A stretch of DNA of 64,000 bases from Candidatus Parcubacteria bacterium. GTDB taxonomy: Bacteria > Patescibacteriota > Minisyncoccia > Phycocordibacterales > Zambryskibacteraceae. Positions 8,625 through 17,456 of the stretch are shown here, one piece after another (positions within the stretch are counted from its first letter, which is position 1; every line of letters begins with the position of its first letter). The notes beneath the pieces were generated by a model. The model made no database searches, was not told the origin of the DNA, and saw only the letters and a program-made list of their open reading frames with translations. The DNA is taken from NCBI GenBank assembly GCA_019658995.1, contig JAIFWN010000001.1, positions 20,852-84,851 of the forward strand. The letters run 5' to 3'. A program made the position numbers and the translations under genes.

Positions 8625-10946
8625 ATGCAATACACAGAAAAAATCGGTTTCTGGAGCGTACTATTATTGATATTTCTTCTGCCAATCTTCTTTCTCCCTA
8701 CCGGGCTCGTGCCGCTCGGCATCGCCAAGGTGTCGCTTATCACGCTTGCGGCGGTAGTCTCATTCGGTTCCATCCTCGTCAATATGTTTCGACATAAGAG
8801 CATAGCCCTGCCGAAGAGCTATCTGCTCTGGATGATTCTTATACTTCCGGCCGTATACATTTTCTCCGCTCTCTTCTCTGGCACGCCATCTCTCTCACTC
8901 TTCGGTTATGCGCTCGAGCCGGGCACGGCCGCTTCCATGGCCGCCTTCTCGGCGCTTTTATTTGTCTCGGCGATTTATTTCCGCGACAGGCTACATCTCA
9001 TCAGGGCGCTTTCAGCATTTTTCCTTTCTCTCTTCATACTCGCGATATTTGTAGCTATAAAAATAATTACGGGAGGCAACTCGATGACGTTCGGTGTGTT
9101 CTCGGGCAGTATGGGCAACCCTCTCGGCGCATGGACAGACCTCGGTATAGTCTTCGGACTCTTTGCCATTCTCTCGACTATCGCTCTCGAAATGCTTCCG
9201 GTTGCCGGCATGGTCAGGGCCTTATTGTGGATTGCCTTTGTCCTATCGACAGCACTTCTCGTAGTTATTAATTTTTCCACGGCGTGGGTGCTGGTTCTCG
9301 GGTCGTCAGTGGTGTTGATTGTCTACCTTATGACCGTAGAACGATCGGGAAATAGCAAAGGAAAAGGTTCCGGGGTGCTCCTGGCGGGAATTCTTGCCGC
9401 ACTGGCGGTCTTATTCATATGGAACCCGTCGATTGGAGCGAAGGATCTGGTTTCCAGGGTTGCCGAAGTCACTAATGTATCCAATGTCGACGTGCGTCCG
9501 AGCCTCAGCGCCACATTGGATGTGACTAAGAAGGTTATAAAAGGTCATCCGGTATTGGGCTCCGGGCCGAATACTTTCGACAAGGACTGGCTCCTATATA
9601 GGACTCCGGCTACGAATTCGACTCAATTCTGGAACGCGGCTTTCCCGTTCGGGTTCGGGTTTCTTCCCACAGCTGCCGCTGCCACCGGACTTCTAGGATC
9701 GGCGGCCTGGATAATCTTCTTCATCCTGCTTCTGATGCTCGGACTCAAGGCTCTGTCGAGAAGTCCCGAAAACAAATCGGACCGCTTCATGATCGTGTCC
9801 ACTCTTCTCGTATCTCTTTTCCTGTGGGTCGGAGCTTTCATGTATGTTCCATCCATAACAGTTCTTGCTATGACATTCATCTTTACCGGACTCTTCGTCG
9901 CTGCGGTGCAGGCATCCGGAGTGGTGGAAGAGCGCGAAGTCTTGTTCAGCAGGAATAAGATAACTCATTTTACCTCCGTACTGGCATCACTCCTTCTGGT
10001 AGTCGCCACGGCCGCCTTCGCTCTTGGAACTTATAAGAAGGTCGCCGCCGCAATTCACTTCGAGCGAGCCCTTATATATTCGCAAACGGCTGGGAAATCG
10101 CTCGACGACGTGGAAAGCGAACTCGGCAAAGCCATTACAACGTCCCCATCCGATCCGTACTGGGGAGCGGTTTCGCAAGTCGAGCTTACCCGCGCCAACA
10201 ATGCCTTAAACGATACTGCCGGCACCGATTCCAAAAGGCAGCAGACCTTCCAGAATTCACTTTCGGCATCGATCGCCGCACTCCAGAATGCCATCGCCCT
10301 GAACCCGAGTTACGCCAATTGGATTGCTCTTGGCAATGTTTACGAATCTCTGGTTCCCGCGCCCCTCTCTGTCCAGGGTGCCTACGATAGCGCCCTTGCC
10401 TCATACAAATCCGCCTCGGCCCTGAATCCAGAAAGCCCCGAAATACCGCTTCTTCTGGCGAGACTGGAACTCGACAATAAAGATGTGAAGGCTGCCCGCG
10501 AGCATATAGCAGAGGCTCTGGAGAGGAAGCAGGATTACGCTGATGCTTACTTCCTGCTGTCTCAGCTTGAAGTGAGAGAGAATAATCTCAATTCGGCCAT
10601 AAAGTCTGCGGAGACCGGTGCCGTACTCTCGCCAGGTAATGCCGGGGTACTGTTCGAACTTGGGCTTCTTAAGTATGCCAACAGGGATTATCGCGGAGCG
10701 GCAGATGCTCTGAAGAGGGCTCTTGCCATAGTGCCGGACTATGCCAATGCCAAGTATTATCTAGGTCTCTCGCTCGACAAGCTCGGACAGAAGGCAGAAG
10801 CTCTGAAGGAATTCGAGGATTTGGCCAAGACGAATGCCGACAATACCCTGGTAATTCAGATTCTTGCCAACCTCAGGGCCGGCAGGAGCGCTCTGACCGA
10901 AACTCCCGCAGTCACCGGCAAGACCGCGCCAATAAGCGGGCAATAG
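8625..10946 (+). CDS. Polytopic membrane protein with an O-antigen-ligase/Wzy-like N-terminal region and C-terminal TPR repeats.
   Basis: About 10 or more predicted TM helices span the N-terminal 450 aa. The C-terminal 300 aa carry TPR-like repeats (YANWIALGNVYESL, AYFLLSQLEV, AGVLFELGLLKYANRDYRGAADALKRALAIVPDYANAKYYLGLSLDKLGQKAEALKEFEDL). Confidence 0.5.
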   Translation: MQYTEKIGFWSVLLLIFLLPIFFLPTGLVPLGIAKVSLITLAAVVSFGSILVNMFRHKSIALPKSYLLWMILILPAVYIFSALFSGTPSLSLFGYALEPGTAASMAAFSALLFVSAIYFRDRLHLIRALSAFFLSLFILAIFVAIKIITGGNSMTFGVFSGSMGNPLGAWTDLGIVFGLFAILSTIALEMLPVAGMVRALLWIAFVLSTALLVVINFSTAWVLVLGSSVVLIVYLMTVERSGNSKGKGSGVLLAGILAALAVLFIWNPSIGAKDLVSRVAEVTNVSNVDVRPSLSATLDVTKKVIKGHPVLGSGPNTFDKDWLLYRTPATNSTQFWNAAFPFGFGFLPTAAAATGLLGSAAWIIFFILLLMLGLKALSRSPENKSDRFMIVSTLLVSLFLWVGAFMYVPSITVLAMTFIFTGLFVAAVQASGVVEEREVLFSRNKITHFTSVLASLLLVVATAAFALGTYKKVAAAIHFERALIYSQTAGKSLDDVESELGKAITTSPSDPYWGAVSQVELTRANNALNDTAGTDSKRQQTFQNSLSASIAALQNAIALNPSYANWIALGNVYESLVPAPLSVQGAYDSALASYKSASALNPESPEIPLLLARLELDNKDVKAAREHIAEALERKQDYADAYFLLSQLEVRENNLNSAIKSAETGAVLSPGNAGVLFELGLLKYANRDYRGAADALKRALAIVPDYANAKYYLGLSLDKLGQKAEALKEFEDLAKTNADNTLVIQILANLRAGRSALTETPAVTGKTAPISGQ

Positions 10947-10960
10947 AAGGACAACAATAA

Positions 10961-12637
10961 ATGGTTCGTAAAATATTCGGGTTTTTCTACAAGGAGACCG
11001 ACAAGCTCCATCAGGCGGCATTCCTTCTTGCTTTCTTTTCCATACTCTCTCAGGTGCTGGCGTTTCTCCGGGACAGGGCGCTTGCCCATGTCTTTGGGGC
11101 GGGAAGCGATCTCGACATTTATTACGCGGCATTCAGGATACCGGATTTTCTTTTTGTCACGGTTGCTTCAGTTGTCTCGCTCTCTGTCATCGTCCCGTTC
11201 ATTATCGAAAGAGAGAAGCAGGGCAGAGAATCAGTAAAGAGTTTCGTTGACGATATCTTCTCGTTCTTCTCGCTCCTGATCATCGGAATTTCTGCAGTAG
11301 CTTTTTTCCTCATACCGAAGCTTAGTCCGATATTGTTCAAGGGATTCTCAGGCGAAGCTCTTGCGGATGTCGTGCTTCTGTCTAGAATATTTCTTCTCTC
11401 GCCGATACTTCTCGGCATCTCGAACCTCTTCGGCTCGCTTACTCAGGCCTATAACCGCTTCCTTATATACGCCTTTGCACCGGTTCTCTATAATGCGGGC
11501 ATAATTTTCGGCATAACCTTCCTTGCTCCGCGTTTCGGCATATCCGGCGTGGCCTGGGGCGTGGTGGTAGGTTCGCTCCTTCACGTCTCGATCCAGATCC
11601 CCTTTGTGATCAGGATCGGGCTTATGCCAAGGTGGAAACTTTTCTTCGATTGGAGGTCGATAAAGAGGGTAGTGGGGCTCTCTTTTCCGAGAACGCTCAC
11701 GCTTTCGACCAACCATCTGTCCACTATCTTCCTTGTGTCGCTGGCCTCTCTCATGACAGCGGGCTCCATCTCCATTCTCTCCTTCTCGCAAAATATCTCT
11801 TCGGTACCTCTGTCTATCATCGGAGTCTCATACTCGCTCGCCGCCTTCCCGACCCTGACCCGCTACTTCTCGGACAAGAATATAAAAGCTTTCGCGGAGC
11901 AGATGGCTCTGACGGTACGTCATATAATCTTCTGGTCTCTGCCTGTCATGGCCCTCTTCATTGTATTGCGCGCCCAGATCGTCAGAGTACTTCTCGGTAC
12001 CGGCCGCTTTGACTGGAACGACACTAGGCTGACGGCCGCCGCCCTGGCTCTCTTTGCCGTATCAGCCCTAGCTCAGAGCCTGCTGCTCTTATTTATACGC
12101 GCTTTCTACTCGGCAGGTCATACCAGGAAGCCTCTTCTGATTAATATTATCTCGACCTTGGTTCTCATAGCTTCCGCCTATGCTGCCGTCAAGCTCTATT
12201 ATTCATACCCGTCTTTCGGATACTTCATAAATGCTCTTCTGAAAGTTGATGATGTCCCGGGTACGGTGGTCCTGATGCTTCCTCTCGGATACTCGGTAGG
12301 AACCATACTGAACGCCGTCATACACTGGATTGGCTTCGAAAAGGATTTCGGCAGATTCCCGAGGGAGACGTATCACACTTTGTTCGTGTCGTTTGCAGCT
12401 GCGGTCTTCACCGGTATCGGAGCTTATGTAGGACTGCATATCTTTGTCTCAATGTTCGACATCCGGACACTGTGGGGTGTGCTGTTCCAGGGCTTATTTG
12501 CCGGAGTATTCGGCGCCCTGACCGGACTTCTGACGCTCTGGCTTCTGCGATCAGGAGAACTCTATGAGTTTACCCATGCTATGAAGATGAAATTCCGCGG
12601 AGTCGAACCCGTTGCCGAGAATCCCGAAATCGTGTAG
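10961..12637 (+). CDS. murJ: Lipid II flippase MurJ (MviN family).
   Basis: The N-terminus LSQVLAFLRDRALAHVFGAGSDLDIYYAAFRIPDFLF and about 14 TM helices match MurJ architecture. Confidence 0.8.
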   Translation: MVRKIFGFFYKETDKLHQAAFLLAFFSILSQVLAFLRDRALAHVFGAGSDLDIYYAAFRIPDFLFVTVASVVSLSVIVPFIIEREKQGRESVKSFVDDIFSFFSLLIIGISAVAFFLIPKLSPILFKGFSGEALADVVLLSRIFLLSPILLGISNLFGSLTQAYNRFLIYAFAPVLYNAGIIFGITFLAPRFGISGVAWGVVVGSLLHVSIQIPFVIRIGLMPRWKLFFDWRSIKRVVGLSFPRTLTLSTNHLSTIFLVSLASLMTAGSISILSFSQNISSVPLSIIGVSYSLAAFPTLTRYFSDKNIKAFAEQMALTVRHIIFWSLPVMALFIVLRAQIVRVLLGTGRFDWNDTRLTAAALALFAVSALAQSLLLLFIRAFYSAGHTRKPLLINIISTLVLIASAYAAVKLYYSYPSFGYFINALLKVDDVPGTVVLMLPLGYSVGTILNAVIHWIGFEKDFGRFPRETYHTLFVSFAAAVFTGIGAYVGLHIFVSMFDIRTLWGVLFQGLFAGVFGALTGLLTLWLLRSGELYEFTHAMKMKFRGVEPVAENPEIV

Positions 12638-12648
12638 GTTTAGCATCC

Positions 12649-14472
12649 ATGCAAAATATTCGCAACTTCTCCATTATTGCGCACATCGATCACGGCAAGA
12701 GCACTCTGGCTGACAGACTCCTGGAGATAACAGGCACCATCGAGAAGAGGAAGATGAAGGAGCAGGTTCTGGACTCGATGGAACTAGAACGCGAACGCGG
12801 TATTACCATCAAGATGCAGCCAGTACGTATGAAGTTCGGAGAGTATGTTTTGAACCTCATAGATACTCCTGGACACATCGACTTCTCCTACGAAGTCTCG
12901 CGGGCACTGAAGGCTGTCGAAGGCTCGATACTTCTAGTCGATGCTACGCAGGGTGTACAGGCCCAGACCCTTACCACCCTGGGCATGGCGCGCGAACAAG
13001 GACTTGTGATTATCCCGGTTATTTCCAAAATCGATTCTCCGCTCGCGATGATCCCCGAGGTCAGACAGGAAATCATGACTCTTCTTGGTGTGGATGAGAG
13101 CGAAATCCTGATGGTTTCAGGCAAGACCGGAGAGGGGGTGAAGGAATTGTTGAATGAAATTATAAAGAGAGTTCCTCCGCCAAGTTCGTTCTCCGAAAAG
13201 TCCTCGGGTCGCTTCGCTCAACCAGACTTTTCTCGCTCCGAACTTGGCTCCGCACTTTTCCGATCTCTAGTCTTCGATTTCAAATATTCTAATCATCGAG
13301 GGGTGATAGTCTTTGTGCGTGCCATCTCCGGCAGGGTCAAGAAGGGTGATCAACTGGTGTTCAAGGTGGCCGGTAAGGAGTTCCAGGCGCTTGAGGTTGG
13401 TTACTTTGCCCCAGAGGAGACTCCGACAGAGAGCTTTGCCGAGGGCGAAATAGGATACATCGTCACCGGCATCAAAGAGCCCGGTATTGTCTCTGTCGGA
13501 GATACGGTCGCTTCCATCTCGGACAATAGTGATCCGCTTCCCGGGTACCAAAAGGCTCGCCCCGTCGTATGGGCTTCTATATATCCGGAGAGTCAGGACG
13601 ATTTCACTCTTCTCAAACAGGCTCTGGAGAAGCTCCGTCTCTCTGACTCAGCCTTCTCCTTCGAGGAGGAGTCGTCGGGAGTGCTCGGCCGCGGTTTCCG
13701 GTGCGGATTCTTGGGCATGCTTCACCTCGAAATTATTTCAGAGCGACTGCGCCGAGAGTTTGACTTGCCGCTCATTATTACCCTGCCATCCATCACTTAT
13801 GTTGTTACTTATAAAAATGGTAAATCAGAGACTATCTATACTCCGTCTTTTTTCCCCGAGGATTATCTCATCGAGAGCGTGCGGGAGCCTTGGGTCAAGG
13901 CAAAGATCATAACTCCTCCGAAGTTTCTTGGCGATATAATGAAGCTCCTGTACGAGCATGAGGCCGAGGTGGGTGAGACCGAGACTCTGGCCGACCGCAC
14001 GTCGCTCTCGCTCCTCATGCCGCTTCGCGAGCTTATGCGGGGCTTCTTCGACAAGCTGAAGAGTGTCACTTCTGGCTTTGCCTCCATATCATATGATTTG
14101 TCTGGTGAGAGAGAGGCCGATGTGACAAGACTCGATATATTGGTGGCCGACGAGCCGGTGCCGGCTTTTGCCAAAGTTATCTCCAGACGGCAGGTTGAGA
14201 GCGAGGCCGAGATGGCAGTGGATAAACTCTCAAAACTTTTGCCGCGTCAGATGTTTACACTAAAAATTCAAGGCAAGGCCCTCGGCAGAATTATTTCATC
14301 ACGTACCCTGAGCGGTATGAAGAAAGACGTGACCCAGCACATGTACGGCGGCGACATCACTCGCAAGATGAAATTAAGAGAGAAGCAGAAGAAAGGCAAA
14401 AAGAAGATGAAGGAGCGCGGCTCCGTGAACATCCCCCAGGACGTTTTCCTCAAAATGATCCGCCAAGAGTAG
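12649..14472 (+). CDS. lepA: Elongation factor 4 (LepA).
   Basis: [23 protein letters not shown]...DSMELERERGITIK...NLIDTPGHIDFSYEVSRAL matches LepA; the product is 607 aa. Confidence 0.95.
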   Translation: MQNIRNFSIIAHIDHGKSTLADRLLEITGTIEKRKMKEQVLDSMELERERGITIKMQPVRMKFGEYVLNLIDTPGHIDFSYEVSRALKAVEGSILLVDATQGVQAQTLTTLGMAREQGLVIIPVISKIDSPLAMIPEVRQEIMTLLGVDESEILMVSGKTGEGVKELLNEIIKRVPPPSSFSEKSSGRFAQPDFSRSELGSALFRSLVFDFKYSNHRGVIVFVRAISGRVKKGDQLVFKVAGKEFQALEVGYFAPEETPTESFAEGEIGYIVTGIKEPGIVSVGDTVASISDNSDPLPGYQKARPVVWASIYPESQDDFTLLKQALEKLRLSDSAFSFEEESSGVLGRGFRCGFLGMLHLEIISERLRREFDLPLIITLPSITYVVTYKNGKSETIYTPSFFPEDYLIESVREPWVKAKIITPPKFLGDIMKLLYEHEAEVGETETLADRTSLSLLMPLRELMRGFFDKLKSVTSGFASISYDLSGEREADVTRLDILVADEPVPAFAKVISRRQVESEAEMAVDKLSKLLPRQMFTLKIQGKALGRIISSRTLSGMKKDVTQHMYGGDITRKMKLREKQKKGKKKMKERGSVNIPQDVFLKMIRQE

Positions 14473-14512
14473 TGCCTAAAAAATCGGCAGATAGAGAAGC
14501 ACCATTGAGATA

Positions 14513-14989
14513 ATGATGAGGACGCAAAGCACGATCCAGGCGGCGTTGATCTTCTTCTTGTGGCGCTTATCGAACAGCATTGGAGATCATGTTAGCATAA
14601 ATGGCACCATGAGAGAACTCGAACAGAGACAGAAACTGAGGCGGCGGCTCTATTCACTCCCCGCACTTGCCATACTTCTTGCTATTACCGCCGGTTTGGT
14701 CCGCGGAGCCTATACTTTGATATTGAAGGAGCGGGAGAGCGCCAGCGATGCCAGGCTTCTTGCGGCTAAAGTAGGGATTTTGACCGAGCGGGAAGAAGTG
14801 CTCTCGGCTGAGATAGAAAAGCTAGAGACCCCGGCCGGCGTGGAAGAGGAGATAAAGTCCAAATTCAACGTCGCCAAAGAGGGGGAGAGGGTGGCGGTGA
14901 TAGTCGACCGGCCGGAGAGCTCTACCACAACGGAACCACAAAAAGAATCTTGGTTCAAGCGCTTATGGGCTGATATAATCGGCAGATGA
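14513..14989 (+). CDS. ftsB: FtsB/DivIC-like septum formation initiator. The true start is probably the internal Met near 14609.
   Basis: A single TM helix is followed by a coiled coil and then EEIKSKFNVAKEGERVAVIVD, which is typical of the FtsB C-terminus. Confidence 0.5.
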   Translation: MMRTQSTIQAALIFFLWRLSNSIGDHVSINGTMRELEQRQKLRRRLYSLPALAILLAITAGLVRGAYTLILKERESASDARLLAAKVGILTEREEVLSAEIEKLETPAGVEEEIKSKFNVAKEGERVAVIVDRPESSTTTEPQKESWFKRLWADIIGR

Positions 14990-15228
14990 AAAAAGTAGAA
15001 ATATATTCAACGCCCAGCTGCCACTTCTGCGGCATGGCCAAGGAGTTTTTTGCGGCCAACAATGTCCCGTTCACCAATTACGATGTCGCATCTGATACCG
15101 CAAAGCGGGCCGAGATGGTACAGCTCTCCGGCCAGATGGGTGTGCCGGTTATTGTCATAGACAACAAAGACCTTATCGTCGGTTTTGACCAGAAGCATAT
15201 ATCGCAACTGCTCGATATCAAGGCATAA
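14986..15228 (+). CDS. Glutaredoxin-like protein (NrdH/GrxC-like, 80 aa).
   Basis: The CxxC motif STPSCHFCG is followed by a GVPVIVID-type fold signature. Confidence 0.8.
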   Translation: MKKVEIYSTPSCHFCGMAKEFFAANNVPFTNYDVASDTAKRAEMVQLSGQMGVPVIVIDNKDLIVGFDQKHISQLLDIKA

Positions 15229-15232
15229 GCTA

Positions 15233-15304
15233 TGCCCTCACTAGGAATCGAACCTAGACCGCATGCTTCGGAAGCATGAATTCTATCCATTAAACTATGA
15301 GGAC
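15233..15304 (-). tRNA. tRNA-Arg (anticodon CCG).
   Basis: I folded it by hand: acceptor GUCCUCA/UGAGGGC, anticodon stem CAUGC/GCAUG with loop UUCCGAA, T arm CUAGG-UUCGAUU-CCUAG, discriminator A. CCA is not encoded. Confidence 0.85.
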
Positions 15305-15379
15305 TGGTGCTCTCAGCCAGAATCGAACTGACATCTTATCCTTAGGACGGATCTGCTCTATCCATTGAGCTATGAGAGC
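15305..15379 (-). tRNA. tRNA-Arg (anticodon CCU), with CCA encoded.
   Basis: Acceptor GCUCUCA/UGAGAGC-A-CCA, anticodon loop GUCCUAA, T arm GUCAG-UUCGAUU-CUGGC. It abuts the next tRNA with no spacer. Confidence 0.85.
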
Positions 15380-15560
15380 CTGTCTGCGCGGGCAGGCTTA
15401 GAGACAATATATCACACCGCTTTATTATCCACAGCTTTCCCCAGCTTTTCCCCAATCTAGTCCACTTTCCGAATTTGACACAGTTTGCACAGATGCTTTT
15501 ATTGATAGCAGACCTTTCACGCAGTTCGCTGCAAGATGTACCTTTCACAGGAGTAGGGAA

Positions 15561-15857
15561 ATGTTGTCGCTGCATGCCGCACGTGCACTCGTTACGTTCG
15601 GCGATGAGAGCATCGAGAATGATGAAGACTTGATGCTCGCGTTGCAATATGCGAAACAGGCGGGTGACGGTGTAGTGGTGGCTTTCAATGACAGCACCGA
15701 TTTCTACGTCGATCCGACCGATACCATCGAGAGTGCGCGAGCCCGTCATTTCCAAACACGACAGGGTGAACGCCGTCTGAATTGGAACAACTACGATGGA
15801 ATCAATCGTCGCAGGGGTTTCGATCGTCGAGGTATCAAGTTTCTCAAAACCGCGTAA
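15561..15857 (+). CDS. Hypothetical protein (98 aa); GC-richer; sandwiched between tRNA genes.
   Basis: ORF only. It has an acidic N-terminal half and an Arg-rich C-terminus (NRRRGFDRRGIKFLK). I recognise no family. Confidence 0.35.
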   Translation: MLSLHAARALVTFGDESIENDEDLMLALQYAKQAGDGVVVAFNDSTDFYVDPTDTIESARARHFQTRQGERRLNWNNYDGINRRRGFDRRGIKFLKTA

Positions 15858-15950
15858 CGGGCCCTCCTCCCTCCCAGAGCAATTCCCAGAAAAACAAAAG
15901 CCGCTATGCTACCAATCCTACCCAGGTAAGCAAAGCGGCTTTGTCGTTTA

Positions 15951-16026
15951 TGGTGCCGAGGACCAGGTTCGAACTGGTGACCCTTCCCTCTTCAGGGGAA
16001 TGCTCTACCAACTGAGCTACCTCGGC
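15951..16026 (-). tRNA. tRNA-Phe (anticodon GAA), with CCA encoded.
   Basis: Acceptor GCCGAGG/CCUCGGC, anticodon stem UUCCC/GGGAA with loop CUGAAGA, T arm ACCAG-UUCGAAC-CUGGU. Confidence 0.9.
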
Positions 16027-16027
16027 A

Positions 16028-16261
16028 TTATTTAAATGTGTTCAGGACACCCTGAGCCTGTCTGAAGGAGTCGGAGATCGAGCCGAACTGCGGCTCGAGA
16101 TAGAAGTAGGCAATAACGAACGGCACAATAAGAATAATAATTTTTATGATTCCCCAGAGCACGGCCCAGCGGGCAGTGCTGCGCATGGAACGCAAGAGTT
16201 TGTTGTTCTCCTCAGAGATCTTGAGCGTACGCTCCAAGAGCACTTTATCCTCGGGATTCAT
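16028..16261 (-). CDS. Small hypothetical membrane protein (77 aa).
   Basis: ORF with one TM helix (AVLWGIIKIIILIVPFVIAYFYL). It lies immediately upstream of tRNA-Phe on the same strand. Confidence 0.35.
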   Translation of the reverse strand: MNPEDKVLLERTLKISEENNKLLRSMRSTARWAVLWGIIKIIILIVPFVIAYFYLEPQFGSISDSFRQAQGVLNTFK

Positions 16262-16299
16262 GGGGTGATTTTAACAGAAAACTGGCTAATTTCAACGTA

Positions 16300-16746
16300 T
16301 CAGGATCCCTTTACCTTGAGCTTGGTCTGTCTGTTTTTATCGAGCTTGGGGAGGCGCAGAATCAGGAGTCCGTATTTTTCCACAGCCTCAGCCTCGTCGA
16401 CGTCAACTTCAGCCGGTAAGACTATCGTGCGGGAGAACGAACCCCAGAAGAGTTCGCGATGGAAGTAGTCTTCCTTGCCGACGGTCCTGTCCTCCTCGCG
16501 CTTGCCGCTTATGGTAACGCTGTCGCGGCTTATGGCGACATCGAGATCTTCGGGCTTTACCCCGGCGACCATGGTCTTCAGGACGATCTCGGAAGGGGTT
16601 TCGTATACGTCTACGGTGAGCTGAGCCACTTCCTCATCTTCGAGAATGCTCTGACGCAGAGATGTGTCGGATCTCTCTATCGATATATTTTCCTCATCGA
16701 GCTTGACCGCACCGGTAAGGCGTTCGAAAAAAGATCTTTTTGCCAT
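16300..16746 (-). CDS. Small heat-shock protein (Hsp20/alpha-crystallin family).
   Basis: The start is taken at MAKRSFFERL. The alpha-crystallin domain signature is (I/V)x(I/V)...GLLILRLPK, and the product is about 148 aa. Confidence 0.7.
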   Translation of the reverse strand: MAKRSFFERLTGAVKLDEENISIERSDTSLRQSILEDEEVAQLTVDVYETPSEIVLKTMVAGVKPEDLDVAISRDSVTISGKREEDRTVGKEDYFHRELFWGSFSRTIVLPAEVDVDEAEAVEKYGLLILRLPKLDKNRQTKLKVKGS

Positions 16747-16760
16747 ATGATTATTATATC

Positions 16761-17456
16761 TTAACCTCTTCGGGGCGCAATCGACTTGGCCTTTTCGAAA
16801 CACAGAAGCAGTATTGCCACTCCGAGCCATACGGCCGAGAAGATGCGCAATGTTCCCGATCCGTTTTCCGCCACCAGATAGAGGTTGAAAGCAGTATGTA
16901 TGGCAACAGCTGCAGCAAGGCCCACAAGGCCATAGAGTATCTTCCTGCCTTTGGATTTGTAGAAGGAGAGAGCCAGAGCAAAGCCGATGGCGCCGGATGC
17001 CAATATATGAAGGAGGCTCGCTCCCAGGAAGCGCAGTCCGCCCGTAGAGAGTGCTACGGAGACATTTTGTTCCAAAAGGGGATTCCAGATGAAGAGAGCA
17101 TTCTCAAGAGCTACGAATCCGAGTGCGGCGGTGATCATATATATGAGTGGATCGGCCGGTTCGTCATCATCTTTGGTACGGAGAGCGGCAACATAGGCCG
17201 CTATAAATTTGAAGGTCTCCTCGATAGCTGCCCAGAGCAGAAATGGTGTTAACCCCAAACCGGGAAACCGGTGTGCTACCCACTTCTGAAGCGGCAGGAC
17301 CAAGAGAACGGCCAGCATTCCGAATAGGAAGGATTCAGCCAATCTGCCTCTGGGCTCCGGACGCTTGCTGTCCTCTCTGAGCCAGAAGAAGAGCCATACC
17401 AGAGCCGGCAGTATCCCTCCCAAGAGCGCATATATAATAGTGCTGGTGTTACTCAT
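16761..17456 (-). CDS. PrsW-family intramembrane protease.
   Basis: A polytopic membrane protein carrying AAIEETFKF (the EExxK motif) and other PrsW/CPBP-like features. Confidence 0.55.
   Translation of the reverse strand: MSNTSTIIYALLGGILPALVWLFFWLREDSKRPEPRGRLAESFLFGMLAVLLVLPLQKWVAHRFPGLGLTPFLLWAAIEETFKFIAAYVAALRTKDDDEPADPLIYMITAALGFVALENALFIWNPLLEQNVSVALSTGGLRFLGASLLHILASGAIGFALALSFYKSKGRKILYGLVGLAAAVAIHTAFNLYLVAENGSGTLRIFSAVWLGVAILLLCFEKAKSIAPRRG

Noticed and set aside
15897-15945. Inverted repeat aaagccgct...agcggcttt downstream of the 15561-15857 gene, as a terminator
   Set aside because: The loop is about 25 nt and there is no U-tract, so it is more likely incidental or a protein-binding site. 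It is mentioned only in context.
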